21,268 bases of DNA from Cytophagaceae bacterium (lineage in GTDB: Bacteria > Bacteroidota > Bacteroidia > Cytophagales > Cytophagaceae): assembly GCA_025455005.1 (NCBI GenBank), contig JALONH010000034.1, positions 1 through 21,268 of the forward strand, read 5' to 3'. Made by a program: the position numbers and the translations under genes. The notes beneath the pieces are model-generated. The model ran no database searches and was not told the origin of the DNA. It was given only the letters and a program-made list of their open reading frames with translations. This document shows positions 1 to 9,880 of the stretch, piece by piece; the first letter of the stretch is position 1; every line of letters begins with the position of its first letter.

Positions 1-281
1 GTGTAGAAAAAGATAGTATTGAGATGAGTTATCCGGATTTTTTATTTCCTAATCTTATCACCCCTAACGGTGATGGGAAGAATGATGTTTTACAGATTAT
101 ACCCATTGATCTGGAGTCAGGACATTTACAGGTATATTCTTCTTGGGGAGATTTGGTATACGAATCAGGAAATTATAATCACAATTGGAATGCATATTCC
201 ATCTCGGAGGGGTTTTATTATTATCGATATCGTTCTGAAAACGATTGCGATTTAAAAGGTTGGATACAAATTATAAAATAA
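1..281 (+). CDS. 3' end (C-terminal about 93 aa) of a large secreted protein carrying a T9SS type-B sorting domain (gliding-motility-associated C-terminal domain, CHU_C/TIGR04131-like). The 5' end lies upstream of the window.
   Basis: Frame 3 is open from the window edge to TAA at 279-281. The translation FPNLITPNGDGKNDVLQIIPIDLESGHLQVYSSWGDLVYESGNYNHNWNAYSISEGFYYYRYRSENDCDLKGWIQIIK fits the type-B CTD consensus (PNxxxPNGDGxND ... W ... G ... GxY.Y). Confidence 0.8.
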   Translation, partial: VEKDSIEMSYPDFLFPNLITPNGDGKNDVLQIIPIDLESGHLQVYSSWGDLVYESGNYNHNWNAYSISEGFYYYRYRSENDCDLKGWIQIIK

Positions 282-287
282 AGCTAT

Positions 288-851
288 ATGAAAAATTTAA
301 ATTACATCGTACTGATTACTTGTTTAGCATTTAATGCTTTAGCTCAGGATACTATTGTGAATTCTTCACCTTCATTTAAATCAAAAGGGTATGTTTTAGG
401 AATGGATTTTCAAGCGGGGGTAGGCAATGCTGAAGTAGAATTTAAAGGAACCGGTCAAGTTGTCCCGGGACCAACAGAAAATCTATTCGCACTAAATATA
501 CAGAACGCTTATAGATTTAATTCTTTGTTTCAGGCCGGTATTGGGACAGGCTTAAAGGTATATGCGTCTAACAACCAACTGACCGCACCCTTTACTTTGG
601 ATGCTATGTTTACACCGTTGAAAGGGAGAGTTTCTCCTTTACTGGCTTTTTCAGCCGGGAAAACACTAGGCTTGTACGAAAGATCTACTAAAATGGGAAC
701 GGTTGTCAGTCCTCAAGTTGGGGTACGCACATTTGTAAGCCCTACTACGGCTTTATATTTTACCTTAAACTATGAGTGGCATCGATATTTTGAAACTAAC
801 CTTACCAACACTTCTAATCTAATTACCTTTCGGGTAGGAGCTCAGTTTTAA
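288..851 (+). CDS. Small outer-membrane beta-barrel protein (187 aa), signal peptide predicted, probably co-transcribed with the upstream T9SS cargo gene.
   Basis: The N-terminus MKNLNYIVLITCLAFNALAQ is a typical Sec signal. The protein has alternating amphipathic strands and ends with an aromatic residue (GAQF), as outer-membrane beta-barrels do. There is a 7-bp gap from the upstream stop codon. Confidence 0.6.
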   Translation: MKNLNYIVLITCLAFNALAQDTIVNSSPSFKSKGYVLGMDFQAGVGNAEVEFKGTGQVVPGPTENLFALNIQNAYRFNSLFQAGIGTGLKVYASNNQLTAPFTLDAMFTPLKGRVSPLLAFSAGKTLGLYERSTKMGTVVSPQVGVRTFVSPTTALYFTLNYEWHRYFETNLTNTSNLITFRVGAQF

Positions 852-1073
852 AAAAAATTTAACTTTTAAAATAATACCAGTCGATTGTTGATATAAGAAT
901 AATCTAATGTCTATTTTTCCACTGGAAATGGTGTAAACTGTAGTATCAATAATTATTTAAATAACTGTAAATCATTATAATAATGCAGTATAATTTAACT
1001 ATTTTAGATTTTATTTTTTCTCTGAAACCGTAAAAATATTTTAATTTTACCCTTCTGCAACCAACTAAAATAG

Positions 1074-1081
1074 TATTTTTG
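1074..1081 (+). promoter_or_regulatory. Candidate Bacteroidota sigma-A -7 box (TAttTTTG) upstream of leuA. It would give a leader of about 120 nt.
   Basis: Exact match to the TAnnTTTG consensus at 1074-1081. No clean -33 TTTG was found. Confidence 0.25.
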
Positions 1082-1210
1082 TTTACTATAATTTAACCTG
1101 GAGCATCGCTTGAGTTCGAAATCAATCCGATATTCCTCCCTAACCGAAGGAAAGCCTTTGGGTTAACGTATAGAGTACTAACTAATTAGTTTATTTCAGA
1201 ACAACAATTT

Positions 1211-2368
1211 ATGGCAAAAAGAATTTATGTGTTCGACACCACGTTGCGCGATGGAGAGCAAGTTCCGGGCTGCCAATTAAACACCGAAGAGAAAATCACG
1301 GTGGCAAAAGCCTTGGACGAGTTGGGTGTCGATGTCATTGAGGCGGGCTTCCCCGTCTCCAGTCCCGGAGACTTTAATTCCGTAGTTGAAATCACCAAAG
1401 CGGTTACCCGCCCTACGATTTGTGCACTTACTCGTGCCAAGGAAGTAGATATTAACGTAGCCGGTGAAGCTCTACGTTTTGCCAAACGCAGTCGAATTCA
1501 TACCGGAATTGGTTCTTCCGATATCCATATTCAACATAAATTAAGAACAACACGTGAAAATATCTTGGAAATGGCCGCTGCTGCCGTTCGCCAAGCAAAA
1601 AAAGTAGTACACGAAGTAGAATTTTTCTGTGAAGATGCCGGTCGAGCGGATCAAGAATTCTTAGCACGAATGGTAGAAACAGTTATTGCTGCCGGAGCAG
1701 ATGTTGTCAACATCCCGGACACTACAGGATATATGTTGCCTTGGCAATATGGAGAACGCATTAAATACTTAATGAATAACGTTCCCAATATTGACAAAGC
1801 CATCTTATCGGCACATTGCCACAACGATTTAGGACTAGCAACGGCAAACTCCATTGCAGCCCTTACGAACGGTGCCATGCAAGTAGAATGTACCATCAAT
1901 GGTATAGGCGAGCGCGCCGGCAATACAGCATTAGAAGAGGTCGCCATGATCTTACAATGCCACCCGTACTTAGGATTAGAAACCAATATCAATACAAAAA
2001 AATTAGTGCCGATCAGCCACATGGTTTCCACCATGATGCGTATGCCGGTACAATCCAACAAAGCCATTGTAGGTCGCAATGCCTTTGCTCACTCATCCGG
2101 TATCCACCAAGATGGTTTCTTGAAACACAGAGAGACCTATGAAATTATGGATCCGGCAGATGTAGGCGCAGATGCATCTTCTATCTTGCTAACGGCGCGT
2201 AGCGGAAGAGCCGCTTTAAATCATCGTCTGGCTAATATCGGTTATATGTTGTCCAAAGATCAATTAGATGATGCGTACAAACGCTTCTTGGATATGGCTG
2301 ATCGATTGAAACAAGTAGACGACGATCATTTGCATGAATTAATGCGCGAAACTGAAATTGTTAAATAA
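1211..2368 (+). CDS. leuA: 2-isopropylmalate synthase, short form (385 aa): catalytic TIM-barrel plus subdomains, lacking the C-terminal leucine-binding regulatory domain.
   Basis: Colinear similarity to the first ~385 residues of E. coli LeuA ([19 protein letters not shown], HxH-containing [28 protein letters not shown]). The protein stops where the LeuA regulatory domain would begin. Confidence 0.85.
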   Translation: MAKRIYVFDTTLRDGEQVPGCQLNTEEKITVAKALDELGVDVIEAGFPVSSPGDFNSVVEITKAVTRPTICALTRAKEVDINVAGEALRFAKRSRIHTGIGSSDIHIQHKLRTTRENILEMAAAAVRQAKKVVHEVEFFCEDAGRADQEFLARMVETVIAAGADVVNIPDTTGYMLPWQYGERIKYLMNNVPNIDKAILSAHCHNDLGLATANSIAALTNGAMQVECTINGIGERAGNTALEEVAMILQCHPYLGLETNINTKKLVPISHMVSTMMRMPVQSNKAIVGRNAFAHSSGIHQDGFLKHRETYEIMDPADVGADASSILLTARSGRAALNHRLANIGYMLSKDQLDDAYKRFLDMADRLKQVDDDHLHELMRETEIVK

Positions 2369-2387
2369 ATTACCTTTTACTCACATC

Positions 2388-3788
2388 ATGGGAAAAACAT
2401 TATTCGAAAAAGTTTGGGACGCACACGTGGTAACCGAGGTGAAAGATGGTCCTAGTATTTTGTATATCGACAAACAATTAATTCACGAAGTGACGAGCCC
2501 CCAAGCCTTTGCAGGACTTGGCAAACGGGGTATCGGCGTGTTCCGTCCGGAACGTACGCTTGCTACTCCAGACCACAACGTACCTACTAAAGGACAAGCA
2601 TTACCTATTAAAGAAGAGTTGTCTCGTAAACAAGTGGACACACTTACAGACAACTGTAACAAATACGGTGTTACTTTATTCGGTTTAGGTCACCCATCTC
2701 AAGGTGTAGTCCACGTTGTAGGTCCTGAAACCGGAACGACGTTGCCCGGTATGACTATAGTATGTGGGGATTCACATACCTCTACGCACGGAGCGTTTGG
2801 CTCTATCGCCTTTGGTATCGGTACTTCTGAAGTGGAACAAGTATTGGCTACTCAATGCCTCATGCAGTCTAAACCTAAAACCATGAAGATTGAAATCAAT
2901 GGTACGTTAGGTAAAGGGGTAACATCAAAAGACATCGTATTATATGTTATATCTAAAATTTCTGCTGCCGGTGGTACCGGGTATTTCTTAGAGTTTTGTG
3001 GAACTGCCATTACTTCTTTAACTATGGAAGCACGCATGACCATCTGTAACATGAGTATTGAAATGGGAGCTCGCGGGGGTATGATTGCGCCGGATGAAAC
3101 TACTTTCAATTACATCAAAGGTCGTGAATTTGCGCCTAAAGGAGATAAGTGGGAAGCAGCTGTAGCGTACTGGAAAACATTATATTCTGATGCAGATGCT
3201 ACTTTCGACAGAGTTTTGTCTTATGATGCAGCCGATATCGAACCGATGATAACCTACGGAACCAACCCGGGTATGGGTATCAAAGTTTCCGGTAGCATTC
3301 CTTCTATCGAACAAGTGGAAGAAAGTAATAAATTAACGTTCAATAAAGCCTTAGAATATATGGGCTTTAAAGAAGGAGAGAAGATCGCCGGTAAACAAGT
3401 GAACTGGGTATTCTTAGGTTCTTGTACCAATGGTCGTATAGAAGATTTAAGAACCTTTGCCAATTTTGTAAAAGGAAAGAAAAAAGCAGCGAACATCAAT
3501 GCGTTAATCGTTCCGGGTTCTAAACAAGTAGAACGTCAAGCAATAGCAGAAGGTATTGATAAAGTATTAGCAGATGCAGGATTCGAGTTGCGCGAACCGG
3601 GTTGCTCAGCTTGTTTGGCAATGAACGAAGATAGAGTACCTAAAGGAGAATATTGTGTGTCAACCTCTAATCGTAACTTTGAAGGTCGTCAAGGTCCCGG
3701 AGCCCGCACTCTTTTAGTAAGTCCACTTACTGCTGCAGCTATTGCTGTATCGGGTAAAATTGTCGACGTACGTGAATTCATGAACTAA
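2388..3788 (+). CDS. leuC: 3-isopropylmalate dehydratase large subunit.
   Basis: [15 protein letters not shown]...[11 protein letters not shown] closely matches the LeuC N-terminus; aconitase-family Cys motifs are present ([14 protein letters not shown]). The longest ORF starts at 2358 and overlaps leuA, but the ATG at 2388 matches the conserved N-terminus. Confidence 0.9.
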   Translation: MGKTLFEKVWDAHVVTEVKDGPSILYIDKQLIHEVTSPQAFAGLGKRGIGVFRPERTLATPDHNVPTKGQALPIKEELSRKQVDTLTDNCNKYGVTLFGLGHPSQGVVHVVGPETGTTLPGMTIVCGDSHTSTHGAFGSIAFGIGTSEVEQVLATQCLMQSKPKTMKIEINGTLGKGVTSKDIVLYVISKISAAGGTGYFLEFCGTAITSLTMEARMTICNMSIEMGARGGMIAPDETTFNYIKGREFAPKGDKWEAAVAYWKTLYSDADATFDRVLSYDAADIEPMITYGTNPGMGIKVSGSIPSIEQVEESNKLTFNKALEYMGFKEGEKIAGKQVNWVFLGSCTNGRIEDLRTFANFVKGKKKAANINALIVPGSKQVERQAIAEGIDKVLADAGFELREPGCSACLAMNEDRVPKGEYCVSTSNRNFEGRQGPGARTLLVSPLTAAAIAVSGKIVDVREFMN

Positions 3789-3814
3789 TCTAAAACATTC
3801 AATACTTCCTAACC

Positions 3815-4420
3815 ATGGAAAAATTTACAACTATACAATCTACCATCGTGCCTCTTCCAATTGAAGATGTAGATACGGATCAAATCATCCCGGCACGTTT
3901 CTTAAAAGCTACTACTAAAGAAGGTTTCGGACAAAACTTATTCCGTGACTGGAGATACAATGAAGACAATACCCCTAAAGCAGATTTCGTGATGAACGAC
4001 CCTCGTTACAGCGGTAAAGTTTTAGTCGCCGGTAAAAACTTCGGTTGCGGTTCTTCTCGTGAGCACGCAGCATGGGCAATCGGTGACGCCGGCTTCCGAG
4101 TTGTGGTATCCTCTTTCTTTGCTGACATATTCCGCGGCAATGCCCTGAATAATGGCATCCTTCCGGTTCAAGTATCAGATGCATTTCTTGCAGAAATCTT
4201 CTCAGCTGTGAATGCCAATAATAAGATGGAATTGATTGTAGACTTACAAAATCAATTCATTCAAATCGCCGGTACGGAAAAGAAAGAATCGTTTGCGATC
4301 AACGAATACAAAAAAACGTGCTTAATCAACGGTTACGATGATATCGATTATGTATTATCCCAAAAAGATAAAATCGAAGCGTACGAGAAATCATCTAAGT
4401 ATCTAAGCTTTGTAAGCTAA
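3815..4420 (+). CDS. leuD: 3-isopropylmalate dehydratase small subunit.
   Basis: 201 aa aconitase swivel-domain protein ([13 protein letters not shown]) immediately downstream of leuC. Confidence 0.9.
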   Translation: MEKFTTIQSTIVPLPIEDVDTDQIIPARFLKATTKEGFGQNLFRDWRYNEDNTPKADFVMNDPRYSGKVLVAGKNFGCGSSREHAAWAIGDAGFRVVVSSFFADIFRGNALNNGILPVQVSDAFLAEIFSAVNANNKMELIVDLQNQFIQIAGTEKKESFAINEYKKTCLINGYDDIDYVLSQKDKIEAYEKSSKYLSFVS

Positions 4421-4482
4421 TTTTAACGAAAAGAAATATAAAGAAACGTGCTTTAAGCTCTAAGCTTAAAGCTAAAAGCTTG
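4395..4482. repeat. Cluster of AAGCT(T) micro-repeats: six copies in about 76 bp, including three HindIII-like AAGCTT sites. The inverted pair GCTTTAAGC (4450-4458) / GCTTAAAGC (4464-4472) forms a 9-bp hairpin. The cluster spans the leuD stop and ends 6 nt before the leuB start.
   Basis: Direct reading: AAGCT at 4405, 4414, 4455, 4462, 4469 and 4476. Fewer than 0.1 copies are expected by chance in this length. Confidence 0.6.
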
Positions 4483-4487
4483 AAAAA

Positions 4488-5570
4488 ATGGAAAAGAAAA
4501 TTGCAGTATTAAAAGGAGATGGTATAGGTCCGGAAGTAACGGATCAGGCATTATTAGTTTTAAACGCTATCGAAAAATCTTTTGGTCATAAATTTCATTA
4601 TACGGAAGCATTAGTTGGTGCTGTAGCCATTGACGCTACCGGTAACCCTTTCCCTGATGAGACATTGAAAGTATGTCAATCAGCAGATGCTATTTTATTC
4701 GGCGCTATTGGTCACCCAAAATACGACAACGATCCTAAAGCAAAAGTACGTCCGGAACAAGGCCTGTTAGCCATGCGTAAAGCCTTAGGTTTATTTGCAA
4801 ATATTCGTCCGGTAAATACGTACAAAATTTTAGAAAACGCTTCTCCTCTTCGTGCAGATTTAGTGAGTGGTGTAGACTTCGTAGTATTTCGTGAATTAAC
4901 CGGTGGTATCTACTTTGGTACTCGTGGTCGAAGCGAAGATGGTAATATGGCATTTGATACGTGTACTTACACACGTGCTGAAATTGAACGCATCAGCAAA
5001 TTAGCTTTCGAATCTGCTCGAATTCGTCGCAACCGTGTGACATTAGTAGATAAAGCGAATGTGTTAGCATCTTCTCGTTTGTGGAGAGAAGTGGTAAAAG
5101 AGTTTCATGCCGCTCACTACTCAGATGTAGACTTAGACTTCATGTTTGTAGATAACGCTGCTATGAAAATCATTACACAACCGGCTTATTTTGATGTAGT
5201 ATTAACCGAAAATATGTTCGGCGATATCATTACGGATGAAGCTTCTGTCATCACCGGTTCAATGGGTATGTTGCCTTCAGCTTCTGTGGGTAGCGCTGTA
5301 GCATTGTATGAACCTATACATGGTTCTTATCCGGAAGGTGCAGGAAAAAATATTGCTAACCCATGTGCAGCTATTTTATCAGCAGCTATGTTGTTAGAAA
5401 CTTCTTTTGGGATGTTAGAAGAGGCGAAAGCGATACGAAATGCAGTAGTACAATCTCTGGAGGACGGAATTGTTACGGTAGACATTCGCCGTGAAAATCC
5501 TAGCTCTACTACAGAAGTTGGAGCTTACATCGCTAAGTTAGTAGAGAAATACGCTAAAGTAACCGCTTAA
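4488..5570 (+). CDS. leuB: 3-isopropylmalate dehydrogenase.
   Basis: 360 aa. N-terminal [14 protein letters not shown] and the isocitrate/isopropylmalate dehydrogenase signature ([22 protein letters not shown]). Confidence 0.9.
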   Translation: MEKKIAVLKGDGIGPEVTDQALLVLNAIEKSFGHKFHYTEALVGAVAIDATGNPFPDETLKVCQSADAILFGAIGHPKYDNDPKAKVRPEQGLLAMRKALGLFANIRPVNTYKILENASPLRADLVSGVDFVVFRELTGGIYFGTRGRSEDGNMAFDTCTYTRAEIERISKLAFESARIRRNRVTLVDKANVLASSRLWREVVKEFHAAHYSDVDLDFMFVDNAAMKIITQPAYFDVVLTENMFGDIITDEASVITGSMGMLPSASVGSAVALYEPIHGSYPEGAGKNIANPCAAILSAAMLLETSFGMLEEAKAIRNAVVQSLEDGIVTVDIRRENPSSTTEVGAYIAKLVEKYAKVTA

Positions 5571-5581
5571 ATTCATCACTT

Positions 5582-7261
5582 GTGGCAAACGAATTAAATA
5601 AATATAGTAAGCGACTCACGCAAGACCCTTCGCAACCGGCTTCTCAAGCTATGATGTACGGTGCCGGGTTTTCAGATGAGGACATGAAAAAACCAATCGT
5701 AGGAATAGGTAGTACCGGCTACGATGGCAATACCTGTAACATGCACTTGAATATTTTGCAAGGGCAAATCAAAGGAAGTGTTACTCGAAACAACTTAGTC
5801 GGCTTGAGCTTCAATACTATTGGGGTGAGCGATGGAATCTCGATGGGTACAGATGGAATGCGCTTTTCGTTAGTTTCTCGAGATGTGATTGCTGATTCGA
5901 TCGAAACCATAGCCGGTGCTCATTATTACGATGCATTAATTACTGTTGTCGGTTGTGATAAAAACATGCCGGGTGCCGTAATAGCGATGGCACGTTTGAA
6001 TCGACCATCGATTATGGTATACGGCGGAACAATTCGTTCCGGGCATTGGAAAGGGGAGAAGCTTAATATCGTTTCTGCTTTTGAAGCCTTAGGTCAAAAA
6101 GTAGCAGGTAAACTATCAGAAGAGGATTACCAAGGTATTATTAAAAATGCTTGTCCGGGTGCCGGTGCTTGTGGTGGTATGTACACCGCTAACACGATGG
6201 CCTCTGCTATTGAAGCAATGGGATTATCCTTGCCGTATTCATCGTCTGCTCCTGCCACCAGTGAGAAGAAAAAGAATGAAGCCGCTAACGCCGGGAAAGC
6301 CATTTATAACTTGCTTGAAAAAGATATTAAACCCTTAGATATAATGACCATGAAAGCATTTGAAAATGCTATGCGGGTGATTATTGTGCTGGGGGGCTCT
6401 ACCAATGCTGTTTTACATTTAATCGCAATGGCACGTGCTGCGGGTCTTACTTTAACACTAGACGATTTCCAACGCATTAGTGATACGACGCCTTTATTAG
6501 CCGATCTAAAACCTTCCGGCAAATATATGATGGAAGATATGGATGCTATCGGCGGTGTGCAGTCTGTTATGAAGATGTTGGCAAAACGCGGTTTGATTCA
6601 TACTGACTGTATGACCGTAACAGGAAAAACAGTAGGGGAGAATTTAGAAGAAGCAATCGATATTCCAAACGAACAAGATTTGATGTATTCTTGGGATAAT
6701 CCGATTAAAAAGACCGGACACTTACAGATGTTGTTTGGCAACATAGCACCACAAGGATCAGTGGCTAAGATTACAGGTAAAGAAGGCTTGTATTTTGAAG
6801 GCCCTGCACGGGTATACGATTCGGAAGAAGCGGTTAATGCCGGTTTGGAAGCTAATGAAGTTAAAGCAGGAGAAGTAATTGTCATTCGTAATGTAGGACC
6901 TAAAGGCGGTCCGGGCATGCCGGAAATGTTAAAACCTACGGCATTGTTGATGGGCCTAGGATTAGGGGATCAGTGTGCATTGATTACCGATGGCCGTTTC
7001 TCCGGTGGAACCCATGGATTTGTGGTAGGGCACATCACGCCGGAAGCCTTTGACGGCGGACCAATTGGTCTTATTCAAAACGGCGATATCATTCGTATCG
7101 ATGCTGAAAAAAGAGTATTGGAAATGAAAGTGTCGGATGAAGAATTATCAAAACGGAAAGCAGAATGGAAACAACCTGCACCCCGCGCTACATCCGGCGT
7201 GTTATATAAATACATGAAAACAGTTGCAACAGCCTCTGAAGGCTGTGTAACAGATAAATAA
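5582..7261 (+). CDS. ilvD: Dihydroxy-acid dehydratase (GTG start).
   Basis: 559 aa ILVD/EDD family with CDKNMPG, the SGGTHG-like motif and [16 protein letters not shown]. The first in-frame start is GTG at 5582, 11 bp after the leuB stop. Confidence 0.9.
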   Translation: MANELNKYSKRLTQDPSQPASQAMMYGAGFSDEDMKKPIVGIGSTGYDGNTCNMHLNILQGQIKGSVTRNNLVGLSFNTIGVSDGISMGTDGMRFSLVSRDVIADSIETIAGAHYYDALITVVGCDKNMPGAVIAMARLNRPSIMVYGGTIRSGHWKGEKLNIVSAFEALGQKVAGKLSEEDYQGIIKNACPGAGACGGMYTANTMASAIEAMGLSLPYSSSAPATSEKKKNEAANAGKAIYNLLEKDIKPLDIMTMKAFENAMRVIIVLGGSTNAVLHLIAMARAAGLTLTLDDFQRISDTTPLLADLKPSGKYMMEDMDAIGGVQSVMKMLAKRGLIHTDCMTVTGKTVGENLEEAIDIPNEQDLMYSWDNPIKKTGHLQMLFGNIAPQGSVAKITGKEGLYFEGPARVYDSEEAVNAGLEANEVKAGEVIVIRNVGPKGGPGMPEMLKPTALLMGLGLGDQCALITDGRFSGGTHGFVVGHITPEAFDGGPIGLIQNGDIIRIDAEKRVLEMKVSDEELSKRKAEWKQPAPRATSGVLYKYMKTVATASEGCVTDK

Positions 7262-7297
7262 TAGTAGATTAAGCAACACCACCTCGAGCAATATCTT

Positions 7298-9019
7298 ATG
7301 AAGCCAAAAATTAAATTAAGAGGAGCAGAGTACATCGTTCGTATTATAGAGTTATTGGATGCGCGCGACCTTTTTGCCTATCCGGGCGGAGCTATATTAC
7401 CTATTTATGATGCACTGGCTTACAGTAGTCTGAATAGTGTGTTGGTTCGTCATGAACAAGGAGCCGCTTTCATGGCTAATGGATATGCACGCGTCAGCGG
7501 TAGACCCGGGTTTTGTTTGGCAACCTCAGGTCCTGGTGCAACGAATTTAGTTACCGGAATTGCAGATGCCTATGCGGATAGTGTACCTATGGTAGCTATT
7601 ACCGGTCAAGTAGCCTATCATTTGATAGGGTCGGATGCATTTCAAGAAACCGATATAACCGGTATCTGTATACCGATTACGAAAAAAACATATTTGATTA
7701 CCGACCTAGCTAAAGCAGCGGATATATTCATGGAAGCTTACAGCGTAGCAGTAAGTGGTCGTCCGGGTCCGGTATTGATAGATGTTCCTAGAAGTATTCA
7801 AGGAGAATATGTGGAGTTGGATGAAGATTGGGAAACACAATTCAAAAAACCTACACCGGAAATCGTCAACAATTTTACGGATGCGGATATAGCAGCAGCA
7901 GTAGCGTTATTCCAACAAGCAGAACGGCCTCTTATCCTTGCCGGTCATGGAATTTTATTGTCTAAAGCATGGGAAGAACTACGCACCTTTGTTCATCGAG
8001 AAAATATTCCGGTAATCTCTACCATATTAGGTATCGGAGCTATGGAACACGATGATCCTTTGTATTTCCAATGGCTAGGAATGCATGGTATGAAGTACTG
8101 TAACGATGCGGTTCAAGAAGCAGACTTAATTGTGGCTTGGGGTATTCGTTTCGATGACCGTATTACCGGTAAGTTGGCGGAGTTCGCTCCTAAAGCAAAA
8201 GTGTTGCACGTAGATATCGATAAGAGTGAGTCGAGCAAAAACGTGAAAACACAAGTATTCATCAACGGTGATTTAAAAACAGTTATACACCGTATACCGG
8301 ATACTCGGAACGAAAAAAATACAAGAGACCGTGCCGCCTGGAGAGCGCATTTAGATGAACAGCGAGAAGAATATCCATTGGCACCTGCTGATTTAAATAA
8401 GTTTACGCAAATTTCTGCTTTACAAATATTAAATGATAAGATGGATCGCAACGCGGTTGTATCTACAGATGTAGGACAACATCAAATGTGGGCGGCTCAA
8501 TATTGTCAACGATTAAAACCCAATCACTTCGTCACTTCCGGTGGATTAGGTTCCATGGGCTTTGGATTACCGGCTGCCATGGGAGCACAAGCTGCCTTGC
8601 CGTTTAACGATGTGTGGTGTGTAACCGGTGATGGCTCTTTTCAGATGAATATGCAAGAATTGATTACGTGTGTACAAGAAAAATGGCCGGTGAAGATTGT
8701 GGTATTAGATAACAATTATTTGGGGATGGTTCGTCAGTGGCAAGAGCAGTTTTATGCTAAAAACTACAGTGGTGTAAATTTATTGAATCCGGACTTTGTT
8801 GCATTATCTCAAGCTTGCGGCGTAAAAGCAGTGTATTGCGATACTTCCGAAGGATTGAAAAAAGCCATCGATGAAGCGACTGCACACGAAGGACCATTCT
8901 TGATTCATGCACATGTGATGAAAGAAGAGAATGTATTACCTATGGTAGCGCCGGGGACATCTTTGTCTGATACTATTTACTATCCTGCAAAACCTGTTAA
9001 AGTGAATGTAGTGAAGTAA
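7298..9019 (+). CDS. ilvB: Acetolactate synthase (acetohydroxy-acid synthase) large/catalytic subunit, biosynthetic type.
   Basis: 573 aa thiamine-diphosphate enzyme with RHEQGAAFMANGYAR, GPGATNLVTGIADA, GSMGFGLPAAMGA and GDGSFQMN, colinear with E. coli IlvB/IlvI. Confidence 0.9.
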   Translation: MKPKIKLRGAEYIVRIIELLDARDLFAYPGGAILPIYDALAYSSLNSVLVRHEQGAAFMANGYARVSGRPGFCLATSGPGATNLVTGIADAYADSVPMVAITGQVAYHLIGSDAFQETDITGICIPITKKTYLITDLAKAADIFMEAYSVAVSGRPGPVLIDVPRSIQGEYVELDEDWETQFKKPTPEIVNNFTDADIAAAVALFQQAERPLILAGHGILLSKAWEELRTFVHRENIPVISTILGIGAMEHDDPLYFQWLGMHGMKYCNDAVQEADLIVAWGIRFDDRITGKLAEFAPKAKVLHVDIDKSESSKNVKTQVFINGDLKTVIHRIPDTRNEKNTRDRAAWRAHLDEQREEYPLAPADLNKFTQISALQILNDKMDRNAVVSTDVGQHQMWAAQYCQRLKPNHFVTSGGLGSMGFGLPAAMGAQAALPFNDVWCVTGDGSFQMNMQELITCVQEKWPVKIVVLDNNYLGMVRQWQEQFYAKNYSGVNLLNPDFVALSQACGVKAVYCDTSEGLKKAIDEATAHEGPFLIHAHVMKEENVLPMVAPGTSLSDTIYYPAKPVKVNVVK

Positions 9020-9042
9020 GGAATTAGTTTAAGGTATAAATC

Positions 9043-9079
9043 AAAAAGAGCAACCCATCCGAGTTGCTCTTTTTGATTT
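9043..9079 (+). terminator. Rho-independent terminator closing the leu-ilv operon.
   Basis: A-run, then the 8-bp stem AGAGCAAC (9047-9054) / GTTGCTCT (9063-9070) with an 8-nt loop, then TTTTTGATTT. Confidence 0.8.
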
Positions 9080-9186
9080 ATATACTCCCTTAAGATTAAG
9101 AATGATCGACCTTAATAGGTTATTAATCGATTCCTCATTTTATAAAGTTTATTTTCTGTATTTTAGAAGTACTAAACGTCACTATT

Positions 9187-9720
9187 ATGAAACTTTTAAA
9201 AATTATAGTAATGGTAATCGGAGTGCTTATCCTCTTACCGTTAATCGCCGCTCTTTTTATACCTAAACAATATACGGTAAGTGTTTCAACTGAAATAAAA
9301 CAGCCTAAATCGGTAGTGTACGACTATGTTAAATTACTACAAAAACAATCGGAATACACCGTCTGGGCCAAAGAAGACCCTGCCACTCAATACACCTTTA
9401 CCGGAACGGATGGAACAGTAGGTGCACTACAAACTTGGGACAGCAAAAACGATAATGTGGGCGCCGGTCAACAAGAAATTATACGTATGACAGACGATAG
9501 CATTGTATTTGCCTTATCCTTTACCCGTCCCATGGAAAGTAAAGCGCTTGCTGCTACTATTTGTAGCGCCATAGATTCCTCTACCACTAAAGTAAGTGCC
9601 GAGTTTTACGGTAATGATCCCTATCCTATAAATATCTTCTCGATTTTTATTAAAGATATGTTGAAAGAAGCCGAAACACAGAACTTACAAAATCTAAAAG
9701 CCATTTTAGAGAAGAAGTAG
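9187..9720 (+). CDS. SRPBCC (Bet v1-like/polyketide-cyclase fold) family protein with an N-terminal transmembrane anchor (177 aa).
   Basis: The hydrophobic N-terminus MKLLKIIVMVIGVLILLPLIAALFI is followed by an about 150-aa domain typical in size and pattern of SRPBCC. The fold call is from pattern only. Confidence 0.5.
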   Translation: MKLLKIIVMVIGVLILLPLIAALFIPKQYTVSVSTEIKQPKSVVYDYVKLLQKQSEYTVWAKEDPATQYTFTGTDGTVGALQTWDSKNDNVGAGQQEIIRMTDDSIVFALSFTRPMESKALAATICSAIDSSTTKVSAEFYGNDPYPINIFSIFIKDMLKEAETQNLQNLKAILEKK

Positions 9721-9880
9721 TATGTAGTCAACAGGACGAAAAATAAATGCGAGATACGAATTCGTTTACTTTACACGTTTGACGTTTTCAGGTAAATAGA
9801 AGCGTTATTTCGATAAGTCGAACGATACGTGTTGTTGAAAAGAGTAGCATATCATTGTATTTAATCAGTTCGTCTCTTTT

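Noticed and set aside
70-255. 61-aa ORF in an alternate frame over the T9SS CTD coding region.
   Set aside because: It overlaps the frame that encodes a textbook type-B CTD. Its product is low-complexity and Ile-rich, with no independent signal.
953-964. 12-bp AT-only palindrome TTATTTAAATAA upstream of leuA.
   Set aside because: AT-only palindromes arise readily by chance in AT-rich spacer of about 25% GC. There is no flanking structure.
1651-2079. 142-aa antisense ORF inside leuA, and similar antisense or alternate-frame ORFs listed in the track: 1225-1485, 1452-1667, 1816-2142, 2852-3109, 3254-3499, 3975-4184, 4735-4974, 5719-5910, 6147-6338, 6304-6522, 6598-6918, 7075-7335, 8113-8451, 10546-10812, 11766-11975, 12450-12653, 14502-14699, 14991-15284, 15831-16016, 16308-16520, 17533-17826, 18295-18489, 20175-20360, 20559-20918.
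   Set aside because: Each lies wholly within, and opposite to or out of frame with, a strongly supported conserved CDS. None has a recognisable motif and their composition is odd. They are typical shadow ORFs.
2358-2387. Upstream ATG giving a 10-aa N-terminal extension on LeuC that overlaps the leuA stop.
   Set aside because: The extension ([10 protein letters not shown]) is not conserved in LeuC. The ATG at 2388 reproduces the canonical LeuC N-terminus.
9721-9880. Possible hairpins between the convergent SRPBCC and OmpA-family genes, including the ACGAATTCGT palindrome and ACGTTTGACGTTTT.
   Set aside because: The stems are only 4-5 bp or loopless. They may be weak terminators but are not convincing enough to annotate.
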